This document shows, one piece after another, positions 9,092 to 18,564 of a stretch of DNA of 64,000 nucleotides (the first letter of the stretch is position 1; each line of letters opens with the position of its first letter). Position numbers and translations under genes: made by a program. Source of the DNA: Bacteroidota bacterium (lineage in GTDB: Bacteria; Bacteroidota; Rhodothermia; Rhodothermales; JAHQVL01); NCBI GenBank assembly GCA_039111535.1, contig JBCCIM010000004.1, forward strand, positions 1,722-65,721, read 5' to 3'. The notes below the pieces were generated by a model. The model ran no database searches, was not told where the DNA came from, and saw only the letters and a program-made list of their open reading frames with translations.

Positions 9092-11473
9092 ATGTTTCGT
9101 AATTATCTTCGCATCGCATTTCGTAACCTGTATCGGTATAAAGGATACGCCCTGATCAATATCCTGGGCTTATCGATTGGTATTGCACTGTGCCTGATTA
9201 TCCTGCGGTACGTTCAGTTTGAAAAAAGTTTTGATCGTTTTCATACCCACGCAGCAGATATTGTGCGGGTGGAGAACCTTGTTCAGGCTGAGCAGGGCAT
9301 TCGGCAATGGGCTTACACGCCGCGAGACCTGGCTGATTTTCTGCAAGACACATACCCGGAGATAAAAACGGTTACGCGAATTGGTTCAGAAGATGAGCCG
9401 CTGGTAAGCTTTGAAACAAAGCGATTTTACGAGTCGAATTTCCACTATGCAGATGCCAATGTATTTGATGTATTTGACCTGCGCGTCTTGCGAGGTGATG
9501 TAGAAGCATTGGATCGTCCGGGTACGGTGATGCTTACCCAAGAAATGGTGCGAAAATATTTTGCTGGCGTAGATCCTGTGGGGCAAACCATTGACGTATC
9601 TGATAAGTGGGAGGGGAGCGTACATACCTTCGAAGTTGTTGGTATTATCGAAGCCTTGCCTTCAAACTCGCATTTCTCTGTGCATTTTTTGGGCTCGCTG
9701 GCTACCCTTGATGCATTGTATGAGGACATGAACAGCCAGCAAGTGTACACGTACGTGCGCTTGAAGCGCGGTGCTTCTCCCGCGGCATTTATAGAGAAAG
9801 TGCAGGGGTTGCACGAGCGGTCCCAACTGGCGTGGTTGGAGAATGGCCGGCGGCTCTCAGGGACCCCGCTACTCGACATCCACCTGTATAGCAACAATGA
9901 CCCGACCACAGAAATTGCTGTACAGGGAGATATCCAGGTTGTCTATCTGTTTTCTCTTACCGCTCTTCTGGTCATTATTCTTGCCTGTATCAACTATGCT
10001 AATCTGGCTACGGCGCGTGCATCAGCCAGAGCGATGGAGGTAGGGGTGAGGAAAGTAGTCGGCGCCGGCCGGAGCCAATTAATTGCACAATTTATTGCTG
10101 AATCGTTTGTGTTTGTCATCCTGGCACTCGGACTTGGTATTTTGCTTTCCAACCTGGCGCTACCCTTCTTTTACGGGCTGCTCGACAGGGAATTTGTATT
10201 TGACTGGGTAAACCCTTCCTTCCTTTTGGCAATAGGGCTTGGCACGGTTGCCATTGTGCTGCTGGCCGGCAGCTATCCAGCCTTTTTGTTGTCGGGGCTC
10301 AGGCCTATCCGCATCATCAAGGGCTTTGATTACAAGCAGAGTGGGGTAAGTTTTCGGAAAGGGCTGGTGGTGTTCCAGTTTGTGGTATCGATTGCATTTA
10401 TTGCTGCAACCGTCACGATTTACCATCAGCTCAATTTTGTTACCAGTGAACGCCTCGGATTTGCGCAAGAGCAGCGGCTGATCCTCAAAACGCGCAACCG
10501 GTTAAATGCCAATGCGACAGCGCTAAAAGAAGAGCTGGAGGCTACAGCCGGCGTGAAGCGCGTTTCGCTGAGCTCCGGTTTGCCGGGCCATCCTTCAGCT
10601 ATTTCCTTTTATACCCGTTCTGCTTTTGAAGGGGCAAGCGGAGACCCAGACGAGTATGTCGTTTTTGATCACATTTGGGTCGATCACAACTTTTTGGAGA
10701 CGTTTGATATCCCGATTCAGCAAGGCCGCAATTTTTCAACAGCATTTGGCTCGGATGCAGCTACGGCTGTGCTGATCAACACATCTGCTGCGAAAGCGCT
10801 GGGACTCGACGACCCGGTAGGCAAAACCTTTACGCGAAATGACGTGCAGCTGGAAATCATAGGTGTTGTATCAGACTTCCATATTCACGACCTCAAACAG
10901 CTGGTCCGCCCGCTTATTCTGGAGCTAGACACGGCCACGACGTTTGTTACCGTTCAATTGACGTCGAATGAAGTGAGAGCCAGCCTGGTGGCAGTAGAAG
11001 CCCTCTGGAATAAACACATTCCTGATTTCCCGTTTCAATATGCCTTTCTCGATGAAGAAATAGCCTCGATGTACCGAGAGGAACAGCGACTCGGACATCT
11101 CTTCCTGGTCTTTTCAGGATTGGCTGTACTCGTTGCCTGTTTGGGGCTGTTTGGCCTGGCTGCCTATACTACCGTACAGCGCAGCAAAGAAATCAGCATC
11201 AGAAAAATCCTGGGGGCAAGTGTTCGGAATTTGGTGTCGATGTTGACGGAAGATTACCTGAAACTCGTGGGGATAGCTTTTATCGTGGCAGCGCCGCTTA
11301 CCTACTTTGTGATGGATGCGTGGCTCGCGTCGTTTGTGTATCACATAGACCTTGGGATATGGATTTTCTTACTGGCCGGCGTGCTGGCTGCACTGATTGC
11401 CATTGCCACGGTAGGTTATCAGAGTGTAAGGGCTGCTATTGCAAACCCGGTAGAATCTTTACGGCAATCATAG
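9092..11473 (+). CDS. ABC transporter permease, duplicated FtsX/MacB type (paralog 4)
   Basis: 793 aa. N-terminus MFRNYLRIAFRNLYRYKG. Motifs MEVGVRKVVGA and KEISIRKILGA. Tail AIANPVESLRQS. Confidence 0.9.
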   Translation: MFRNYLRIAFRNLYRYKGYALINILGLSIGIALCLIILRYVQFEKSFDRFHTHAADIVRVENLVQAEQGIRQWAYTPRDLADFLQDTYPEIKTVTRIGSEDEPLVSFETKRFYESNFHYADANVFDVFDLRVLRGDVEALDRPGTVMLTQEMVRKYFAGVDPVGQTIDVSDKWEGSVHTFEVVGIIEALPSNSHFSVHFLGSLATLDALYEDMNSQQVYTYVRLKRGASPAAFIEKVQGLHERSQLAWLENGRRLSGTPLLDIHLYSNNDPTTEIAVQGDIQVVYLFSLTALLVIILACINYANLATARASARAMEVGVRKVVGAGRSQLIAQFIAESFVFVILALGLGILLSNLALPFFYGLLDREFVFDWVNPSFLLAIGLGTVAIVLLAGSYPAFLLSGLRPIRIIKGFDYKQSGVSFRKGLVVFQFVVSIAFIAATVTIYHQLNFVTSERLGFAQEQRLILKTRNRLNANATALKEELEATAGVKRVSLSSGLPGHPSAISFYTRSAFEGASGDPDEYVVFDHIWVDHNFLETFDIPIQQGRNFSTAFGSDAATAVLINTSAAKALGLDDPVGKTFTRNDVQLEIIGVVSDFHIHDLKQLVRPLILELDTATTFVTVQLTSNEVRASLVAVEALWNKHIPDFPFQYAFLDEEIASMYREEQRLGHLFLVFSGLAVLVACLGLFGLAAYTTVQRSKEISIRKILGASVRNLVSMLTEDYLKLVGIAFIVAAPLTYFVMDAWLASFVYHIDLGIWIFLLAGVLAALIAIATVGYQSVRAAIANPVESLRQS

Positions 11474-11518
11474 CAGCCTTTGCGTGAGGCCGTTTCATTT
11501 GGTCAAGACACGATTGAT

Positions 11519-11791
11519 ATGAAAGAAATATGCGTAAATTTGCCCGAATTGGAAGTTGATGAGACCGTTGAGGTGGAAATCCGCGTCAAAGGTAAAAACC
11601 AGGAGCTGCGCTACAGGGTTGAGGCTTTTGATCTGACCGAAAGCAAGGTTGATGCTTCACGTGTGGATCAGCTACGCATCCTCATCCAGGCCTACGATCC
11701 AAACTGGGAGCTTGTACAAATCGGGATTCCAGATGAACAGGTCATCCCGGTGATGTTCAAGCAACGGGCAGAAAAATCCGCCGGCGAGTAA
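11519..11791 (+). CDS. small acidic hypothetical protein (90 aa)
   Basis: ORF between permease 4 and the second ATPase. The ATG at 11519 is in frame with the track ORF (TTG at 11480). I recognise no family. There is no TM segment or signal peptide. Confidence 0.45.
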   Translation: MKEICVNLPELEVDETVEVEIRVKGKNQELRYRVEAFDLTESKVDASRVDQLRILIQAYDPNWELVQIGIPDEQVIPVMFKQRAEKSAGE

Positions 11792-11824
11792 GCGCTGTAA
11801 AAGTTGTGAAATGAGAGGTTTAAC

Positions 11825-12511
11825 ATGTTGAAAATAAAAGAGTTAACCAAGTCATACATGCAGGGGTTTTCCCGGCATTTTATCCTGCGCAACATAAACC
11901 TGGAAATCGAGCAAGGGTCGTTTGTCAGCATCATGGGCCCTTCAGGTGCCGGCAAGTCTACCTTGTTGCATATTCTTGGTATGTTGGATGAGCCTTCTAC
12001 CGGAGAATACCTGTTTAACGATGAGCCCGTGCATAAGCTGAGCGAGAAAAAGCGTACAGCATTGCACCGTGAACACATTGGATTTGTGTTTCAGGCTTAC
12101 CACCTGATTGATGACCTCACTGTGTACGAGAACCTGGAAACGCCGCTGCTCTATAAAAAAATCAAAGGCAGCGAACGCAAGAGCATGGTGGCTGAACTAC
12201 TCGACCGGTTCAATATGGTAGCAAAGAAAGACCTGTTTCCCAGCCAGCTTTCAGGCGGGCAGCAGCAACTCGTTGCCATTGCACGCGCCTTGATCATCAA
12301 GCCCCAATTGATCCTCGCAGATGAGCCTACGGGCAACTTGCACTCCAAGCAGGCGGAAGAGATTATGGAAACCCTCAAGAAATTAAACGAAGAGGGCGTG
12401 ACCATTATTCAGGTAACCCACAATGCAGAGTTAGCCGGTTACGGCAACCGCATCATAGAACTGGTAGATGGGCGCGTTGAAGCAGATTATATCCCTGCGC
12501 CGGCAGCTTAA
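11825..12511 (+). CDS. ABC transporter ATP-binding protein (MacB/LolD-type NBD), copy 2
   Basis: Walker [10 protein letters not shown], signature [14 protein letters not shown], Walker [14 protein letters not shown]-loop VTHN. Confidence 0.93.
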   Translation: MLKIKELTKSYMQGFSRHFILRNINLEIEQGSFVSIMGPSGAGKSTLLHILGMLDEPSTGEYLFNDEPVHKLSEKKRTALHREHIGFVFQAYHLIDDLTVYENLETPLLYKKIKGSERKSMVAELLDRFNMVAKKDLFPSQLSGGQQQLVAIARALIIKPQLILADEPTGNLHSKQAEEIMETLKKLNEEGVTIIQVTHNAELAGYGNRIIELVDGRVEADYIPAPAA

Positions 12512-12625
12512 AGATAGCCTGCAACTGGTCCTTTTGGATTAGCGACAATTCCCTGTTGGTACATGGCATCTTGGGAAGAGATGTTGCATATTAGATGGGC
12601 TTGATCAATCAGAAAGGATCGTTGT

Positions 12626-13198
12626 ATGTCTTCTAATGAGGCTGCCCGGACCACCGTTGCTGCTCTTTTGAGCTGCCGTGAGGATGAAAAGGGGCCTTCG
12701 GTAGATGAATTACTGCCGTTTATTTATGAGGAGTTGCGTGAAATGGCGCACAGGCAACTCGCCCGTGAGCAGGGGCAGCGTACATTACACACCACCGACC
12801 TCGTTCACGAAGCTTACATGCGGCTCGTAGACGATTCCCAGGTTTCGAAAAAAGGCAAGGCCTACTTTTTCTCTGCTGCAGCCAGCGCCATGCGGCGCGT
12901 CCTTGTCGACCAGGCCCGCAAACGGAATTCGAAGAAAAGGGGAGAAGGGATACAGAAGGTCAAGCTGGACGATGTAGAGATTGGTATCAATGCGTTCGCC
13001 GGCAATTTACTCGACCTTGACGACGCACTCAACGAACTCGCTGCTTTTAGCCCGCGCCAGGCCAGGGTGGTAGAATACCGCTTCTTCGGCGGACTCGGCG
13101 TCGAAGAGACGGCTGATATCCTGCAGATTTCGTCCCGCACGGCAACCAATGACTGGAAGCTGGCGCGGGCCTGGCTCCATCGCCGGCTTAAAGCATAA
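12626..13198 (+). CDS. ECF-type RNA polymerase sigma-70 factor (kinase-associated, ECF43/TIGR02999-like)
   Basis: 190 aa. Region 2 is LVHEAYMRLVD. Region 4 HTH is VEETADILQISSRTATNDWKLARAWL. It is followed 21 nt later by a Ser/Thr kinase rather than an anti-sigma factor. Confidence 0.85.
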   Translation: MSSNEAARTTVAALLSCREDEKGPSVDELLPFIYEELREMAHRQLAREQGQRTLHTTDLVHEAYMRLVDDSQVSKKGKAYFFSAAASAMRRVLVDQARKRNSKKRGEGIQKVKLDDVEIGINAFAGNLLDLDDALNELAAFSPRQARVVEYRFFGGLGVEETADILQISSRTATNDWKLARAWLHRRLKA

Positions 13199-13219
13199 TT
13201 TCTCTATCCTTCCCGACCC

Positions 13220-14644
13220 ATGCAGGACCCAGCACACAACAAGGCACCAAGCCGCGAGCAGTGGCAGGCTGTAGAGCAGTTGTTTCTGAAGGCACTCGAA
13301 CTGCCTACCGATAAAAGGGCCGCTTTCCTCGATGACGCTTGTGTAGCGGATACTACGCTACGCGAAGAGCTAGACTCATTACTGGCGGCCCACGATGAAC
13401 AGCATGGATTCCTCGACGAAATGGATGCGTCGAGCGCTGTTGCCTTAATGCACGACATGCAGCCTGAAGCGGCTCGAACCTATGGTGCGTATCAAGTGGT
13501 ACGGGAAATTGGGCGTGGCGGGATGGGGAAAGTATATCTCGCAGAGCGCAGAGACGGACAGTTTAGTCAGCAAGTAGCCCTTAAGGTGGTCAAGGGCGGG
13601 TTAGATACCGCCGGCATTTCTCAGCGTTTTCTGCAGGAACGGCAGATTCTGGCGCAATTGCAGCACCCCAATATTGCCAGGCTCCTTGACGGTGGATTGA
13701 GTACAGCTGGAGACCCGTACTTCGTGATGGAATACATCGACGGACAGCCATTGTTGATGTATTGCGATGCACAGCGTCTTTCCGTGGATGCCCGCATCCG
13801 TTTGTTTGTGAAAGTGTGTGAGGCGGTTCAGTATGCGCATCAGAATCTTATCGTACATCGTGACCTGAAGCCGGGCAATATATTGGTAACGCCGGCTGGG
13901 GATGTAAAGCTGCTGGATTTCGGCATAGCAAAGCTGATTGCGGACGGCGAAATGGAGGCGCCGGAGCCACTCACGGAAACTGGCTTTAAGGCAATGACAC
14001 CCGAATATGCCTCTCCAGAGCAAGTGCGGGCTGAAGTCATTACAACAGCTACTGACGTTTATGCACTGGGCGTCATTCTGTACGAAATGCTCGTGGGTTG
14101 CCGGCCCTACCAGTTTGATCGGCGATCGATGCAGGAAGTGGTGCAGGCGATTTGCATAAATGAGCCGGCGCGACCGCTCCGGGCCCTCGATTTGCCAGCT
14201 TTGAACCTGCATCCCGTGCCTCAAATAGCTGCAAACCGTGGTCTTTCAATGCCTCGTTTGCAGCGCACGCTGAAAGGTGATGTCGAAGCAATTTTGCTGA
14301 AAGCGTTGCAAAAAGAATCTTCAGCGCGCTACGCCACGGTACAGGCCATTCGCGAAGACCTCGAACGGTATCTGGCGCGTTTACCTGTGAAATCACGTGC
14401 CGGTTCGCTCGGGTATGTATTCAACAAATTTATCCGTCGGCACCGGTTTGCTGTAGCTGGTTTGGGCTTATTTATTCTCTGTCTTGCAGTGTTCAGTATT
14501 GTGCTGGGCGTGCAGGCAAACCGGTTGGCTGCAGAACGCGACCGAAGCCAACGTGAGGCTGAGAAAGCAGTTGCTGTGGCAGACTTTCTGGAAAGTATCT
14601 TGAGTCAACACGTGCCACATTGGGGAATAGCGATGAGCCAGTGA
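13220..14644 (+). CDS. Ser/Thr protein kinase (Hanks type) with one TM helix; upstream part of a frameshift-split kinase-TPR sensor
   Basis: Motifs VALKVV, HRDLKPGNIL, DFGIAK, TPEYASPEQ. TM segment FAVAGLGLFILCLAVFSIVLGV. The ORF ends 24 nt after the start of the next ORF, which lies in another frame. Confidence 0.9.
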   Translation: MQDPAHNKAPSREQWQAVEQLFLKALELPTDKRAAFLDDACVADTTLREELDSLLAAHDEQHGFLDEMDASSAVALMHDMQPEAARTYGAYQVVREIGRGGMGKVYLAERRDGQFSQQVALKVVKGGLDTAGISQRFLQERQILAQLQHPNIARLLDGGLSTAGDPYFVMEYIDGQPLLMYCDAQRLSVDARIRLFVKVCEAVQYAHQNLIVHRDLKPGNILVTPAGDVKLLDFGIAKLIADGEMEAPEPLTETGFKAMTPEYASPEQVRAEVITTATDVYALGVILYEMLVGCRPYQFDRRSMQEVVQAICINEPARPLRALDLPALNLHPVPQIAANRGLSMPRLQRTLKGDVEAILLKALQKESSARYATVQAIREDLERYLARLPVKSRAGSLGYVFNKFIRRHRFAVAGLGLFILCLAVFSIVLGVQANRLAAERDRSQREAEKAVAVADFLESILSQHVPHWGIAMSQ

Positions 14645-16080
14645 CTGCACAAGAGTTGTTAAAATCGGGAGTCGATCGGGTTAAGTCTGATTTCAGCGCT
14701 AACCCGGAAGTGCAGGCCATGTTGTTGCAGGTATTGGGACGTACCCACCTCAGTATGAGCTTTTTTGAGGATGGAAGACAATTGCTGGAGGAGGCATTGG
14801 CTATGTCAATCGCACAGCAGGGGCACGAAAGCCTGGAGACTGTCCAAAACAAAATGCTGCTTTCCTCAGTGCTCCGGACACTCGGGACTCCCGGCTGGAA
14901 AGAAGAGGCCCGCAGGCTTTATGAAGAGGCGCTGGCTACACAACGCCGGCTTGGAGACAAAGAAGAAAACATAGCAAATACACTGCTATATCTTGGCGTG
15001 CACTTGCATGCAATAGGCGATAAGGAATCCGTGAAAGCAACGGCGCAGGAGGCGCTGGCCCTTTGGGGAAGAACGCAGGACTATACCAATCCTGACGTAA
15101 TTAAACGCACGTTTGAGATGGCTTCCTTACAGCGCTATGCAGGCGAATCAGCTGTTGCAGAGTCCCTATACGCTGATGTGATCACCCGTGTGGAGCCAAC
15201 AACTGAAGTTTTACAATATAGGTTGTCGCAGGCTCACACGTACCTCGCCTCGTTGTATTTTACACTGCGCCGGGACAACGCAGAAAAGTTGTTTCATTAC
15301 GAACAAGCCTATGAACTGATCAAAGACTTACCAGATGTAGCGTACGATGATTTTGTGGATAAACAAAATAGTTATGCTGTAGCGCTTGCCGAAAATGGTC
15401 AGACAGAAAAAGCCATTGCATTGCTCAACAAAAGCATTAGCTATTGGCAAAATCTGGATGAGACCTCGCAAGAAGCATACGAAGATCGAGAACGCGCATT
15501 TGGGTTGGCCCAGGCAGAAGGATACTTGCAGAAAGCATATCGCTTGGCCGGCGATTATGCGCAAGCCGAACAGGTACTCAAAAAATCTTTAGGACGTATT
15601 CGAGCGATCTTTGGTACTGACAATTACCAGCCTCGCATTATGGAAATCGAACTGGCCAAATTGCTGGGTGCTCAGGATAAAATGGCGGAAGCATATCTTG
15701 TTTTGGATGGTGCCATAGCCGAGTTGTCCAAACAGTTTGGCAAAGACTATCTCATAGTTAGCACAGCTCGTTCGCTGAAGGCTTCATTTTATATGAAAGA
15801 CGGGCGTATTGATGAAGCAGAGCAGATGCTGTATGAAATAACCGCTGCACTTGCCAGTGATGAGGGCCGCATTCCAACCAGGCACCTGGGGCCAGTTTTT
15901 ATGCTCGCGCGGGCCTTTGGTTTGCAAAACAAGCCCCTTCGTGCAGATTCACTGCTCCACAAACATTATGAAGATATCCTTGCTGTCTCAGAAGAGGAGA
16001 CACTTGTGGGCCTTCGCATGAAAAGCGTGATAGACTCCCTGCACACAGCCGAAGGGTTTTCTGTTATGCACGGGTTTTGA
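14620..16080 (+). CDS. TPR-repeat extracytoplasmic domain protein; downstream part of the split kinase-TPR sensor
   Basis: Repeated helical ~34-aa TPR-like units (A/L/Y-rich). It starts with GNSDEPVTAQELLKSG, which in single-chain kinases of this type follows the post-TM helix. It overlaps the kinase ORF in a -1 frame relation. Confidence 0.75.
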   Translation: MGNSDEPVTAQELLKSGVDRVKSDFSANPEVQAMLLQVLGRTHLSMSFFEDGRQLLEEALAMSIAQQGHESLETVQNKMLLSSVLRTLGTPGWKEEARRLYEEALATQRRLGDKEENIANTLLYLGVHLHAIGDKESVKATAQEALALWGRTQDYTNPDVIKRTFEMASLQRYAGESAVAESLYADVITRVEPTTEVLQYRLSQAHTYLASLYFTLRRDNAEKLFHYEQAYELIKDLPDVAYDDFVDKQNSYAVALAENGQTEKAIALLNKSISYWQNLDETSQEAYEDRERAFGLAQAEGYLQKAYRLAGDYAQAEQVLKKSLGRIRAIFGTDNYQPRIMEIELAKLLGAQDKMAEAYLVLDGAIAELSKQFGKDYLIVSTARSLKASFYMKDGRIDEAEQMLYEITAALASDEGRIPTRHLGPVFMLARAFGLQNKPLRADSLLHKHYEDILAVSEEETLVGLRMKSVIDSLHTAEGFSVMHGF

Positions 16081-16123
16081 GTTGTTTAATGTGTGACGAC
16101 GAAAATCCTTCTAACAGTACCAT

Positions 16124-18484
16124 TTGAGTAAGGACTGGGCTATATTTTTCTATACTCACCACCAAGTACAGGAGAACACCGTGGCTGTAGCTCACCTCAG
16201 CAATTTTCGTAGACCCTTTCTGCTCTTCGTATTGTGTATCGCATGGATGTGTGTTACCCCGCTCTATGCGCAGCCAACCGCGCCAGGAGAGTCATCTGAG
16301 AATGTGGGTATAACGCCACAGGCCCGGGCTGTGCGCGTTACCGAAGCGCCGGCACTCGACGGCGACATCCTCAATGATCCGGTCTGGCAGGCAGCTGAGC
16401 CCGTCGAATCCTTCTGGCAAACGACACCGCTGGAAGGTGCACCTGCCACAGAGAGAACCGTAGTGCGCGTGGTTTTTACAGAAAATGCCTTTCATCTTGG
16501 CGTTGTTTGTTATACTGCAGACCCCGACAAAATCATCGTTTCTGATGCTGTCCGCGATGGCGCGCTCAATGGCATAGACAGCTTTCAGTTTATCCTGGAT
16601 ACCTACAAAGATACCCAGAGTGGTTTCGTGTTTGGTACAAGTCCAGCCGGCATCGAATACGATGCACAGGTAACCAACGAAGGTGCTGGTGTTTTTGGGT
16701 TTGCCGGCCAGACGAGCGGCTCAGGAGGCGGACTGAATGTGAACTGGGATGGATCATGGGAGGTCGCATCGAAAATTGGAGATTATGGCTGGAGTGCCGA
16801 GTTCACCATTCCATTCCGGACGCTGAGGTTTCCAAACAAAGACCTCCAAAGCTGGGGTGTTAACTTCCAACGCAATATCCGCCACAACAACGAAGTGGTA
16901 TTCTGGTCAAAGTTGCCCCGGCAGTTCAACCTGTACAAAGTCTCCATGGCCGGCACCCTCGACGGCCTGGAAGTGCCTGATACGCGCAACCTGAAAATCA
17001 TGCCTTATGCGCTCGGGCAGACCAGCATTGACCGTGTTGGCGACGCAGGCGGGGAAACAGGCGACTTTGGTGTAGATGTGAAATACAGCCTCACCCCCAG
17101 CATGGCACTGGACCTGACTTACAACACCGACTTCGCGCAGGTAGAAGTGGATGATGAGCAGGTTAACCTTGATCGGTTTAACCTGTTCTTTCCTGAAAAA
17201 CGCCCGTTCTTCCTGGAAAATGCCGGCTTGTTTTCGATAAAATCAGATGGCAGTATACGGACGGGAAGCGACGTAGAGCTGTTTTTCAGCCGGCGCATCG
17301 GGATCGGACCTAACGGAGAAACGGTGCCGATTATTGGGGGTGCCCGTGTATCAGGCAACGTGGGCAACAACACGAGTATTGGCCTGCTGAACATGCAAAC
17401 CGAAAAAATCGGTGGTATCACAGCGTCCAATAATTTCGCCGTAGCGCGTGTAGAGCAGCAGCTGAAGAACCGCTCTTCGGTTGGTGCTATGTTTGTGAAT
17501 CGAGAGGGCGATAGCGATCTCAGTCTTGATATTCCATACAACCGCCTGATTGGTGTTGACGGACAGTTAGGCATTGGTGACAATACAGAGATCAATGCAT
17601 ACGTAGCGCGTACCTTCTCGCCACATCTCGATGGTCGGCAGTACGCTTATGACATCTCGGCCCGCCGAAGTACCGAGTCATTGCTGATGACTTTCCAGTA
17701 TGCAGAAATTGCAGACAATTTCAATCCGGAAGTAGGCTTTATGGCAAGGCAGAGCTTTCGCAAGTTGAGTACCTTGATTTTCAACACAATTCGCGTAAAA
17801 GATTACTGGAATTTACTCGAAATCCGCCCGCACATTGCCTATCGCAGCTATTGGGGCTATGCTGATGGATTCCATGAAACGAACTTTGTGCACGTTGACA
17901 CGCACTGGGAATGGATGAGTGGCTTCGAAGTGCATACGGGTGTTAACTTCCGTAAAGAAGGCGTACGGAATACGTTCTCACTGGGCGGTGTTGAAATTCC
18001 ATCTGACACCTACGATTGGGCCGAAGCACAGCTTGTGCTGATCACGGATCCGCGAAAAGACGTCAGCTACAGTATTCGTTCATTTATTGGTGGCTTTTTT
18101 GGAGGCCGGCGTATTACCTCTTCTTCAAACTTGAATTTCCGTGGCGGCGAAAAATTCAACGGTCAGGTAACCCTGCAACGCAGCAATGTCTTTCTCGACA
18201 ATGGCGACTTTACAAGCAACCTGTTGCGGACGCGTTTGAGCTACTCGTTTACGCCCCGCATCTTTTTGCAAGGGTTGGCGCAGTACAATGATCTGGCTGA
18301 AATTTGGTCCTTCAACCTGCGGTTTGGCTGGCTGCAATCTGCAAATACAGGCTTGTTTGTGGTATTCAACCAGGCCAGTGCACTCGATCTGGCGGACGAC
18401 GATGGTATCCTTTACGGGTTTGGAGATTTGCAAATTCGCAGCTTGACGCTCAAGTATACCTACTTGTTTGATGTGTTTAAGTAG
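16124..18484 (+). CDS. DUF5916 / carbohydrate-binding-family-9-like outer-membrane protein
   Basis: Signal-like FRRPFLLFVLCIAWMCVTPLYAQ (a GTG at 16181 is an alternative start). N-terminal motif is WQTTPLEGAPATERTVVRVVFTENAFHLGVVCYTADP...DSFQFILDTYKDTQSGFVF. The C-terminus is long and beta-rich, ending LKYTYLFDVFK. Confidence 0.7.
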   Translation: MSKDWAIFFYTHHQVQENTVAVAHLSNFRRPFLLFVLCIAWMCVTPLYAQPTAPGESSENVGITPQARAVRVTEAPALDGDILNDPVWQAAEPVESFWQTTPLEGAPATERTVVRVVFTENAFHLGVVCYTADPDKIIVSDAVRDGALNGIDSFQFILDTYKDTQSGFVFGTSPAGIEYDAQVTNEGAGVFGFAGQTSGSGGGLNVNWDGSWEVASKIGDYGWSAEFTIPFRTLRFPNKDLQSWGVNFQRNIRHNNEVVFWSKLPRQFNLYKVSMAGTLDGLEVPDTRNLKIMPYALGQTSIDRVGDAGGETGDFGVDVKYSLTPSMALDLTYNTDFAQVEVDDEQVNLDRFNLFFPEKRPFFLENAGLFSIKSDGSIRTGSDVELFFSRRIGIGPNGETVPIIGGARVSGNVGNNTSIGLLNMQTEKIGGITASNNFAVARVEQQLKNRSSVGAMFVNREGDSDLSLDIPYNRLIGVDGQLGIGDNTEINAYVARTFSPHLDGRQYAYDISARRSTESLLMTFQYAEIADNFNPEVGFMARQSFRKLSTLIFNTIRVKDYWNLLEIRPHIAYRSYWGYADGFHETNFVHVDTHWEWMSGFEVHTGVNFRKEGVRNTFSLGGVEIPSDTYDWAEAQLVLITDPRKDVSYSIRSFIGGFFGGRRITSSSNLNFRGGEKFNGQVTLQRSNVFLDNGDFTSNLLRTRLSYSFTPRIFLQGLAQYNDLAEIWSFNLRFGWLQSANTGLFVVFNQASALDLADDDGILYGFGDLQIRSLTLKYTYLFDVFK

Positions 18485-18562
18485 GGAGTTAGGAGAGAGG
18501 AGTGTTGAGTTTGGAGTGTTGAGTTTGGAGAGTGGAGGGATAATCATGTGAGACTCGACACG
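18485..18562 (+). repeat. heptamer-phased G/T-rich repeat directly after a stop codon
   Basis: After the TAG at 18482-18484 come eight in-phase heptamers: GGAGTTA GGAGAGA GGAGTGT TGAGTTT GGAGTGT TGAGTTT GGAGAGT GGAGGGA. These are followed by TAATCAT GTGAGAC TCGACAC. Confidence 0.75.
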
Positions 18563-18564
18563 CC

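Noticed and set aside
12520-12546. ECF-type promoter candidate TGCAAC-N17-CGAC upstream of the sigma gene
   Set aside because: It is a single weak match with no second occurrence that I could find upstream of the permease or NBD genes. This is not enough to call.
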